From an uncultured Bacteroidales bacterium (GTDB lineage Bacteria; Bacteroidota; Bacteroidia; Bacteroidales; UBA1402): a stretch of 64,000 nucleotides of DNA. Below are positions 21,123 to 29,046 of the stretch, piece by piece; the stretch's first letter is position 1, and the number at the start of each line of letters is the position of its first letter. The translations under genes and the position numbers were made by a program. Where the stretch lies: positions 16,470-80,469 of the forward strand of contig CAZCWK010000004.1 in the NCBI GenBank assembly GCA_964502355.1. The letters are read 5' to 3'. The notes below the pieces were generated by a model. The model worked only from the letters and a program-made list of their open reading frames with translations, was not told where the DNA came from and did no database searches.

Positions 21123-21836
21123 TTACTCGAACTGCAACGAGAAAATAAGAAGGCGTGAAGTAATATTATCAATCGCATTGGTATACTTCAAAAAAACTTC
21201 GCTACCCTGATCTGTACGGTCGTGTATCATTATATCTCCCATTCCGAGACTGAATTTCAACTCCGGCACAAGTTTAAAAAACGGAAGATAAAGATCGCAG
21301 CCCACACCGAATTCCAGATAAGTATTTATTGGTTTCAACAGAACCGGGACGTTTTTGTCTCTTCCCATGTCTACTCCGGCGCTAAGCCCACCCATCAGGT
21401 ATGGCCTGTAATTACCGGATCTTGCACCTCTGTACCTTAGGTTAAGTGGTAACATTATATAATTTGATCTTATGGGATAGTTTGTTGATATTGCACCGGG
21501 TTCGTCAGAGATAATATTCACATGCTTACTTCCAAAGTGAATTTCTGGCGTAAGCCTAAGGCTTAAAAAATCGAAAATTCTCAAATCTCCTATTACACCT
21601 ACTGTGAAACCGGGTGTATATGACGGTACACTGGCATACCAGGCATTACCATTATCGTCTGCAATGCCGGTATGGGAAAAAACAAGATCCTGAGTATGCA
21701 GACCAACTAAAAACCCAAAATGATATGGTCTAAGGTCTTCATATTGAAGATACTGTACCTTCTTTTGAGCAGATATTTGACCCGATGGATAAAGGGCCGG
21801 TATAAAAAACAATAATAACAGTATATATTTTTTCAA
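21123..21836 (-). CDS. Outer-membrane beta-barrel (porin/PorT-like) protein
   Basis: 237 aa with a signal peptide, alternating amphipathic strands and a C-terminal ...FSLQFE ending. Confidence 0.55.
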   Translation of the reverse strand: MKKYILLLLFFIPALYPSGQISAQKKVQYLQYEDLRPYHFGFLVGLHTQDLVFSHTGIADDNGNAWYASVPSYTPGFTVGVIGDLRIFDFLSLRLTPEIHFGSKHVNIISDEPGAISTNYPIRSNYIMLPLNLRYRGARSGNYRPYLMGGLSAGVDMGRDKNVPVLLKPINTYLEFGVGCDLYLPFFKLVPELKFSLGMGDIMIHDRTDQGSEVFLKYTNAIDNITSRLLIFSLQFE

Positions 21837-21960
21837 CTTTGAACTTCTTTTATTGACATTAAACGTTTTTTAAGCTGAAATATTGCAGTTAATTTTTGGA
21901 AGCATTGTAAAAATATGTACATTTGTCCAGCTAAATTATAATCATTTAATAATTCGTATC

Positions 21961-22128
21961 ATGGCTCATGTAATTAGTGAAGATTGCATCGCTTGCGGTA
22001 CTTGCATCGATGAATGTCCAGTTGAAGCAATATCTGAAGGTGATATCTATAAGATAGATCCGGATGTTTGCACAGATTGCGGGACTTGCGCAGATGTATG
22101 TCCTGTTGAAGCAATTCATCCGGCATAA
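21961..22128 (+). CDS. 2x[4Fe-4S] ferredoxin
   Basis: Two CxxCxxCxxxCP motifs (CIACGTCIDECP and CTDCGTCADVCP). The start is set at MAHVISEDC. The track's upstream extension is probably non-coding. Confidence 0.85.
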   Translation: MAHVISEDCIACGTCIDECPVEAISEGDIYKIDPDVCTDCGTCADVCPVEAIHPA

Positions 22129-22268
22129 TCTCAAAGAGAAACGGAAAAAGTGAAGGGTGTCTTTAAATAAGGCGCCCTTTATTTTTTTAATAAAAAAAAT
22201 AAATTTTTAACCATTCTTTTTTATATTTGTACTATCAGTAATCTCAGGTTGCATAATTATCTGTATTT

Positions 22269-24824
22269 ATGGATGAAGGATCGGTTGCATTGTCTTTGAT
22301 CCAGAACGCTTCTGTTCTGATATGTTTCGTCTTGCTTTTCGATTATTTTCAAAATAAGGAAAAAGTAAAGAATGGAATTATTTATAAAATAATAAACGGA
22401 CTTTTTGTTTCAGCAATAGGAATATTACTGATGGTTACTCCATGGTCATTTACGCCGGGTTTATTTTTTGACACTAGAAGTATTCTTCTTTCTATTACCG
22501 GATTGTTTTTTGGCCCTGTACCTACCGGAGTGGCAATGTTGGTTCTGGGTGTTATCAGGTATGGCATTGGTGGTGACGGGGTATATATGGGAATCGCAAC
22601 CATATTGTCGTCCGGTTTGATCGGTATATTGTGGAACTTTTATGGCATACTTAGCAATAAATCAAAAAATAAGTTTTACAAACTTACCTTATTTGGTTTA
22701 GTAGTTCATGTGTTTTTCTTGGCTATGACTTTGTTTTTACCTGAAGAACTACGCATGAGAACATTCAATGCCCTGCTGATACCGGTTCTGGTAATATACA
22801 TTCCCGGTACTGTTATAATAGGCTTATTAATTTATAAAAGAATAGATAACTGGGAGGCAAGAATATTACTAAATGAATCCCAGGCTTTATATTCATCTTT
22901 GGTTGATCATATGCCTGCCGGAGTATTCAGGAAATCTTCTGATGGAAGATACGATTTTGTAAACGATCGTTTCTGTCAGCTTAAAGGATTGAAAAGAGAA
23001 GAAATCTTAGGTAAAGATCCTAAAGAACTGGCTGATTACGAAAAAAAGAAAAATAGTGAAGGAGGTTATTTGACTCCACCTGTACAAAGGACCCTGGTAA
23101 CGCAAGGCACTGATCATCATGAATGGATTATGAGGCATGGTATGCCAATAGTTGTAGAAGAAGCTTACATTCAGGCAGATGGTCACATTGAATATTTTCA
23201 GGTTGTCAAGACTCCAATATTTGACTCGCATGGTAAAGTGATTGGAACGCAGGGAATGCAATTTGATATTACTACGGCCAAGAAAAATCAGGATGCCCTT
23301 GCATATGAGAAATTTCTTTTAAAAACATATATGGACAATACTCCGGATACTATTTTCTTTAAAGATATTGAAAGCCGGTTTATAAGAATAAATAAAGCTC
23401 AATGCAAAGTTTTGGGATTAAGTGAAGAGCATGAAGCATTAGGGAAATCAGATTTTGATTTCTTCTCAATCAATCATGCAAGAGTTGCTTATGATGATGA
23501 ACAACTGATAATAAGAACAGGCAAAGCACTAATAAATAAGGAAGAAAAAGCAACTTTGAGCGACGGTCGTGAATATTGGTTCAGTACCTCAAAATTCCCT
23601 CTTAAAGATAGGGATGGCAAGATTATTGGCACATATGGACTTTCAAAAAACATAACCGAGCAAAAAACACTTGAAGCAGACTTAATAACTGCAAAAACTC
23701 TGGCTGAAGAAAGTGATCATTTGAAGACTGCGTTTCTTCACAACATATCACATGAAATCAGAACTCCGATGAATGCGATTATCGGATTCTCAGGTTTTTT
23801 AAATGATCCCGGCATAAGCGATGCGGAGAAATCACATTTCACCCAAATAATCGTTCAAAGCAGCAATCAGCTAATGTCAATAATTGATGATATAGTGTTG
23901 ATAGCCACTATAGAAGCAGGGCAGGAAAAGCTTAACGAAAAAGAGATGAAACTAAATACAGCTCTATCGTTTGAATATGAAAAATTTCTATCAAGAGCTA
24001 ACGAGAAAGGACTTGATTTTGTAATTAATCCCGGACTAAAAGATGCGGGCTCTGTTATTATTGCAGACGAGACCAAACTAATACAGGTGGTCTCAAATTT
24101 GCTGGCAAATGCATTTAAATTTACCAACAAAGGACGTATCGAATTTGGATATACATTAAAAAAAGATAATCTTGAGTTTTATGTCAAAGATACCGGCATA
24201 GGGATATCCGGAGAGATGCATAAAGAAATCTTTCAAAGATTCAGACAGGTCGATAGCTCAATAAGCAGACAATATGGGGGGTCAGGACTCGGACTTTCCA
24301 TTTGTAAAGCTTATCTTGATTTGATGGGAGGAAAGATATGGGTTGAATCAGAAAAAGGAGCCGGATCATGTTTCTATTTTACAATACCCTATAAAAAAGC
24401 AGAAATGCCGGAAAGCACAATACTATTAACACCTGAAAAAAACATAACATTCATAAACAACTCAGTTACAATACTTGTAGCTGAAGATGAAGATTTGAAT
24501 TTCCTGTTAGTAAGAGAGTTATTAAGGCCTTATAATCTGAATCTGATCAGAGCAGAAAATGGTGTAGAAGCTGTAAATATAATTACAGAAGAACCTAATG
24601 TTGCCATGGTACTTATGGATCTTAAGATGCCTGTTATGGATGGATTTGAAGCAACAAAGCTGATTAAAGGCATCCGACCGGAACTTGAAGTGATAGCCCT
24701 GACCGCGTATTCATTGGAAGCTGATAAAATAAAAGCACTAACAAGTGGTTGTTCTGATGTGATTGTAAAACCTATCAAAAAAGAAAAATTATTTGAAAAA
24801 TTAAGTGCTTTTATATCTGGATGA
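22269..24824 (+). CDS. Hybrid sensor histidine kinase/response regulator with a LytS-type 5TM sensor and PAS domains
   Basis: 851 aa. Multi-TM N-terminus, two PAS-like segments, H-box HEIRTPMNAI, an ATPase domain (GGSGLGLSI) and a C-terminal REC (LMDLKMPVMDG). Confidence 0.85.
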   Translation: MDEGSVALSLIQNASVLICFVLLFDYFQNKEKVKNGIIYKIINGLFVSAIGILLMVTPWSFTPGLFFDTRSILLSITGLFFGPVPTGVAMLVLGVIRYGIGGDGVYMGIATILSSGLIGILWNFYGILSNKSKNKFYKLTLFGLVVHVFFLAMTLFLPEELRMRTFNALLIPVLVIYIPGTVIIGLLIYKRIDNWEARILLNESQALYSSLVDHMPAGVFRKSSDGRYDFVNDRFCQLKGLKREEILGKDPKELADYEKKKNSEGGYLTPPVQRTLVTQGTDHHEWIMRHGMPIVVEEAYIQADGHIEYFQVVKTPIFDSHGKVIGTQGMQFDITTAKKNQDALAYEKFLLKTYMDNTPDTIFFKDIESRFIRINKAQCKVLGLSEEHEALGKSDFDFFSINHARVAYDDEQLIIRTGKALINKEEKATLSDGREYWFSTSKFPLKDRDGKIIGTYGLSKNITEQKTLEADLITAKTLAEESDHLKTAFLHNISHEIRTPMNAIIGFSGFLNDPGISDAEKSHFTQIIVQSSNQLMSIIDDIVLIATIEAGQEKLNEKEMKLNTALSFEYEKFLSRANEKGLDFVINPGLKDAGSVIIADETKLIQVVSNLLANAFKFTNKGRIEFGYTLKKDNLEFYVKDTGIGISGEMHKEIFQRFRQVDSSISRQYGGSGLGLSICKAYLDLMGGKIWVESEKGAGSCFYFTIPYKKAEMPESTILLTPEKNITFINNSVTILVAEDEDLNFLLVRELLRPYNLNLIRAENGVEAVNIITEEPNVAMVLMDLKMPVMDGFEATKLIKGIRPELEVIALTAYSLEADKIKALTSGCSDVIVKPIKKEKLFEKLSAFISG

Positions 24825-25009
24825 GGCTGTATTATAGTGTATTTTGTGTTTAGACCTCAATTTCAGTATCGTCAATAATTATCAGAATTATAAATCATAT
24901 ACAGAGAAAGGTCCCCAACCACGAGGACCCTTCAAAATACTTTGCCAAACTTGAAACATTATACTGTAAAGCAAAGCTTCAACCAACTAAAAAACCTGAA
25001 AATTTAAAT

Positions 25010-25540
25010 TCAACCTAAATGAACAGTCAGAGCACAACTCTTTTCCACCAACTTACTGTTCTCAAAATTAACCCTTACCTTAAATTGATTTCCTGAAACA
25101 CTATCTGTCAGAATGTCTTCCTTAAAATCAAAACCATTAGAAACCTTTCTGAAACTTTTTGACTCATTAATCTTGTTTTCCTTCACGGATGCGTGATAAA
25201 CTGCCATTTCAAGAACATCATTTGCACTATTCAATGTAAGATATCCTGCAGCGCCATTTACGAATGCATGTCTTGCATATTCCTCATTAGGTAATGCACT
25301 ATATATTAACACACTTGTGGTTATTTTATTCTCCTTGATACCGGCAAGTATTTCCATTCCGCCAGGACCTTCAAGATTAGTATCTAATACAACCAAATCA
25401 TAGTTTCTGGTACTGATTTTTTCAAAAGCCTGATATCCATCAGATACTTCGTCAATAATCTTTAAGCCGGGAACTTTCCTTACAATCTTCCTTAAGCTGT
25501 CACCAAGGAACCTGCTGTTTTCTGCTACCAGTATTTTCAT
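25010..25540 (-). CDS. Degenerate (pseudo-)receiver domain protein without an output HTH
   Basis: Clear paralogue of the REC domain of 26202-26831. It has AENS in place of ADDH and GYLTL in place of GYLSK. The C-terminal ~55 aa are unassigned. Confidence 0.65.
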   Translation of the reverse strand: MKILVAENSRFLGDSLRKIVRKVPGLKIIDEVSDGYQAFEKISTRNYDLVVLDTNLEGPGGMEILAGIKENKITTSVLIYSALPNEEYARHAFVNGAAGYLTLNSANDVLEMAVYHASVKENKINESKSFRKVSNGFDFKEDILTDSVSGNQFKVRVNFENSKLVEKSCALTVHLG

Positions 25541-25551
25541 GACCTCAGGTA

Positions 25552-26037
25552 TTAATTGTAATTAACTGTTACCCTCATAGGAGTTGCAGATGTATATAAA
25601 CCATGAGCAACATTCTTATTGAGTTGTACTTGAGCACCAACAGTGATGTTTTCGGTGTTTGAATTTCTGAGTTCAGCATTTCTGATAGCTCTGAAACCGG
25701 AAACCTTCATGTCATTGTTGTTATTATTAGTGATCACCGGTTCTTCAGGAAGAGAGATGTCAAATGTTGCACCGGTACCTGAAACCTTAAAAGAAGCGAG
25801 TGATACGTTTCCTTCATCAACCATCTCAATTTTAGCAGCGTTTCTTTCAGAAGCTTTATTCAAATTTGCACTTGAAGAAAGACTTACATTACCAAGACTC
25901 ATATCATTTACACTGCTTATAGAAGCGGGGGAAACTATCGTAACACACATGTGTCCGATTGCTTTTGTTTGTGAAAACAAAGCGGCAGGAAGGAGAACCA
26001 TCGCTGCGAAGAAGAATATTTTGATGCTTGTTTTCAT
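25552..26037 (-). CDS. DUF4402/SCPU-like pilin-like secreted protein (orphan seventh paralogue)
   Basis: Start set at MKTSIKIFFF (signal peptide). Shares MSLGNV, ASFKVSG...FDISLP and the C-terminal ...GLYTSATPMRVTVNYN with the 48.7-53 kb paralogues. Confidence 0.65.
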   Translation of the reverse strand: MKTSIKIFFFAAMVLLPAALFSQTKAIGHMCVTIVSPASISSVNDMSLGNVSLSSSANLNKASERNAAKIEMVDEGNVSLASFKVSGTGATFDISLPEEPVITNNNNNDMKVSGFRAIRNAELRNSNTENITVGAQVQLNKNVAHGLYTSATPMRVTVNYN

Positions 26038-26084
26038 AACCCTGGAGATTGACTGATTTTGTACTCCAAAGGTATGGTGAGGCA

Positions 26085-26182
26085 CTCCTACAAATTGAAA
26101 GGCAAACAGTAGTTCCTATATAGGGGAATTCTAAAAAAAAAGTAGGAATATTCCTGCCCTTGTAGGGGAAGTCCTACAAGGC
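26085..26182. promoter_or_regulatory. Palindrome-rich operator-like region upstream of the orphan pilin gene
   Basis: CCTATATAGG at 26115-26124. An A9 tract at 26133-26141. AGGAATATTCCT at 26144-26155. CTTGTAGG-N6-CCTACAAG at 26159-26180. TTGTAGGA appears twice in the gene's orientation. Confidence 0.5.
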
Positions 26183-26201
26183 TAACGGGAAAAGGAGAGA
26201 A

Positions 26202-26831
26202 TTATTCGATAAGTTTGTTTTTAATAGCATACATGGTAAGATCAGCATTTGTTTTCATGTCCATCTTTTCCATGATTCTGGTCTTGTATGTACTCACTGT
26301 TTTATCAGAAATAAAAAGTGAAGCAGCAATTTCAGTAACGGACTTACCCTTCGCCAATAAAATCATAACCTGAAATTCCCTGGATGATAGCTGGTCATGC
26401 GGGAGTTTGTTGTCCATATCAGGATTTTGGAATATCAATCTTTCAGCCAGAGCAGCTGAAACATATTTACCACCGGAAGCAATTTTCCTGATTGCAAGAG
26501 CGAGCTCTTCAAATGCACTGTCTTTTGATAAATAACCCGATGCACCCAATTTAAAGGCCCTTATTGCATACTGTTCCTGAGGATAAAAACTGAAAACTAA
26601 AACTTTGGTATTGATGTTCCTGTCTTTCATCCTTTGTAAAACATCAAGACCGGTCATCCCGGGCATAGAAATATCAAGGATAACAAGATCGTATTCTGTG
26701 CTGCAGATTTTCGAAAAAGCCTGTACTCCATCCGAAACCTCTTCAATAAGGTTTATTTCCGGGAGGTTTCTGACTATTTGCTTTACACCTTCTCTTACAA
26801 TGGCATGGTCATCTGCTATAAGTATCTTCAT
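26202..26831 (-). CDS. NarL/FixJ-type response regulator (REC + LuxR HTH)
   Basis: 209 aa. Contains ADDH, the phospho-acceptor context LDISMPG, GYLSK and a C-terminal LuxR HTH (SVTEIAASLFISDKTVSTYKTRIMEKM). Confidence 0.9.
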   Translation of the reverse strand: MKILIADDHAIVREGVKQIVRNLPEINLIEEVSDGVQAFSKICSTEYDLVILDISMPGMTGLDVLQRMKDRNINTKVLVFSFYPQEQYAIRAFKLGASGYLSKDSAFEELALAIRKIASGGKYVSAALAERLIFQNPDMDNKLPHDQLSSREFQVMILLAKGKSVTEIAASLFISDKTVSTYKTRIMEKMDMKTNADLTMYAIKNKLIE

Positions 26832-27925
26832 AAACTTTGATTTTTTGGTACTTTAACTATAATGCTCGTTCCTCTACCTTCGTTATTGACAAAAGTAATT
26901 GAACCTCCGCATTGTTGTATCCTTTGCTTCATTCCCATAATTCCAAAAGATTTTCCTGACTGGATCTTTTCCTCAGGTATTCCCACTCCGTTATCGCAAA
27001 TTGTTAAGATTATTTCAGAATTTTCATCGAGCGCTATCGAGACCTCACTGGCTTCAGAATGTCTGATAACATTAGTCAATGCCTCCTGGATAATTCTGAA
27101 TAAAGTAAGACTGGCTTTTGGTGAAACATCTTCTATCTCTTTAAGAGTCAGGATGCATGGTACGCCTGTTCTGTCTATAAACTGCTCGCAATACCATTCT
27201 ATAGCAGGTACCAGGCCAAGATCATCAAGCACACCGGGATGCAATTCTGATGAAATCCTCTGAACTCTTCTGATAACTTCATTTGATGTCATTATCATTC
27301 TGTCCATTTTCTGAGAAACCAAATCCTTGTTATCAAGATTTTGTTTGACCCAGTTCAGATCCATCTTTAAAGCCGTCATTGCCTGACCAAGCTCGTCGTG
27401 TACCTGAAGTGAGATGGAGGACTTCTCCTCTTCGACAGCCTTTATAAGATACTCATTCATTTGCTCAAGCTGATCTTTAGCCTTTTTAAGCTCTAGCTCA
27501 GAAGCAATCAACATCTGAGTATTTTCAATCACTCTTTGTTTTTGCCAGAAAAGCTCAAGGAAAACCCTGATCTTGCTTGTCAGTATCAACTCATTAAGTG
27601 GTTTGATCAGATAATCAACTGCTCCGGCTTTATAACCCTCAAGTATCTTTGAATTATTCGGGTAGTCAGCGGTCAGAAATATTATCGGGACTTTATTGTC
27701 GGTGCGGTTTTCATTTAGCTTAACCGCAAGCTCATAGCCGTTCATAATTGGCATCTGAACGTCAAGTATGGCAAGTGAAAGGTCCGTTTCGTGTGTAAGA
27801 TCCAGCGCTTCCTGACCCGATGTAGCCCAAATCATCTTAGCCTGTATATTCCTTAATATGATTTCAAGGTACATAAGGTTGGTGGAGTTGTCGTCGACAA
27901 TCAAAATATTGGGGAGCGTTTGCAT
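26828..27925 (-). CDS. Soluble REC-histidine kinase (N-terminal receiver, coiled coil, HisKA_3 + HATPase)
   Basis: 365 aa with no TM segment. REC (VDDN...LDVQMP...LIKP), H-box VHDELGQ and an ATPase block DNGVGIP...GIMGM. Overlaps the downstream RR start by 4 nt. Confidence 0.85.
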   Translation of the reverse strand: MQTLPNILIVDDNSTNLMYLEIILRNIQAKMIWATSGQEALDLTHETDLSLAILDVQMPIMNGYELAVKLNENRTDNKVPIIFLTADYPNNSKILEGYKAGAVDYLIKPLNELILTSKIRVFLELFWQKQRVIENTQMLIASELELKKAKDQLEQMNEYLIKAVEEEKSSISLQVHDELGQAMTALKMDLNWVKQNLDNKDLVSQKMDRMIMTSNEVIRRVQRISSELHPGVLDDLGLVPAIEWYCEQFIDRTGVPCILTLKEIEDVSPKASLTLFRIIQEALTNVIRHSEASEVSIALDENSEIILTICDNGVGIPEEKIQSGKSFGIMGMKQRIQQCGGSITFVNNEGRGTSIIVKVPKNQSL

Positions 27926-28075
27926 ATAAATATTTTATATATATAGAACAAAGATAGATTTTTTTGTTTAACAGTTATGTTTATAAAATTCAATTATTTT
28001 GTCAAAAACAAAAGTAAAATTTGTATTTCTGAAGTATTTGACCTAATTTTAACACAGTAAAAATAGCCATAAGAT

Positions 28076-28906
28076 ATGCCTAAATATAATATATTGGTTG
28101 TTGATGACAATCCCCATGCTGTCACCATGGTTTCAATTGTATTGTCAAGGAATATCGAATGCGAATTATCAGTAGCATTTGACGGACCTACAGCGATAAA
28201 AAAAGCGAGGGAAATCATACCGGATTTGATACTTATGGATTGGCAAATGCCGGGTATTGACGGTATCAGGGCTATAGAAATCTTAAAAGAAGATCCTGAA
28301 ACCACAAATATTCCGATAATAATGATTACCTGCTATTCAGAAAGAGATTATCTTGAAAAGGCTTTTAAAGCAGGTGTAATTGATTTCATCAAAAAACCAT
28401 ACGAGCAGGTCGAACTGCTTGCAAGGATCCGATCTGTTTTAAAGACAATCGATTATTACAAGGCTATGCTTGAATCTCAAAAAAGAGAGTCAACTGCACT
28501 TTCGCTTCAAAGTGTTCAAAATGAAGAGTTTAAGCATAAGTGTATATCTGAGCTTAAGCAATTGAAGTTAAATCACAAGACCAATCCTGAAAAGACTGAG
28601 GAGAATATTGATAAGGTTATAGTAAATCTTAATTCAGATATGTCTTCAAGCTCATGGAATCAGCTGGAACAAAGGATTAAGGATACCGATCAACAGTTTT
28701 TCAAGAGCATAGGCGAGAAGCATCCCAATCTTACTCCTGCCGAGATGAAGCTAAGTCTTTATCTGCGAATGAATCTCTCAACCAAAGAGATTTCCGGTCT
28801 TACATTCCAGACATATGACAGTGTAAGGATCGCGAGAACCAGACTCAGGAAAAAGCTGAACCTGTCAAATGACGACAATCTTGTAGGATATATAAGCTCA
28901 TTTTGA
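28076..28906 (+). CDS. Response regulator (REC + long linker + LuxR-type HTH)
   Basis: 276 aa. REC (VDDN...MDWQMPG...IKKP) and a C-terminal HTH (TPAEMKLSLYLRMNLSTKEISGLT...VRIARTRLRKKL). Confidence 0.8.
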   Translation: MPKYNILVVDDNPHAVTMVSIVLSRNIECELSVAFDGPTAIKKAREIIPDLILMDWQMPGIDGIRAIEILKEDPETTNIPIIMITCYSERDYLEKAFKAGVIDFIKKPYEQVELLARIRSVLKTIDYYKAMLESQKRESTALSLQSVQNEEFKHKCISELKQLKLNHKTNPEKTEENIDKVIVNLNSDMSSSSWNQLEQRIKDTDQQFFKSIGEKHPNLTPAEMKLSLYLRMNLSTKEISGLTFQTYDSVRIARTRLRKKLNLSNDDNLVGYISSF

Positions 28907-28909
28907 TGT

Positions 28910-29023
28910 TTGTATCCTTTTTGTATCCTTAAATTTTATATACAAGTATCTGAATTGATTCTTTCTTTACTGTTTAAACCCCATAATCGTAATTATTTTT
29001 GTATATGGATTTTTGTATCCTTT
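28910..29023 (+). promoter_or_regulatory. Promoter of the giant adhesin gene: 21-nt TTGTATCCTTT x2 element, conserved 17-nt block, TAnnTTTG -7 box, third TTGTATCCTTT in the leader
   Basis: 21-mer at 28910-28930. TGATTCTTTCTTTACTG at 28956-28972. TATTTTTG at 28994-29001. TTGTATCCTTT at 29013-29023. The pilin promoter at 48541-48632 has the same register. Confidence 0.7.
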
Positions 29024-29046
29024 TTACTTTCATATAGTACAATATA

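Noticed and set aside
21883-21960. N-terminal extension of the ferredoxin ORF given in the track
   Set aside because: The extension (MQLIFGSIVKICTFVQLNYNHLIIRI) is not ferredoxin-like. A canonical 55-aa 2x[4Fe-4S] ferredoxin starts at the ATG at 21961.
26159-26180. CTTGTAGG-N6-CCTACAAG hairpin as the terminator of the LuxR regulator gene
   Set aside because: No T-run follows it on the minus strand, and it is one of several palindromes sharing the TAGGA/TCCTA half-site. I treated it as an operator-like site instead.
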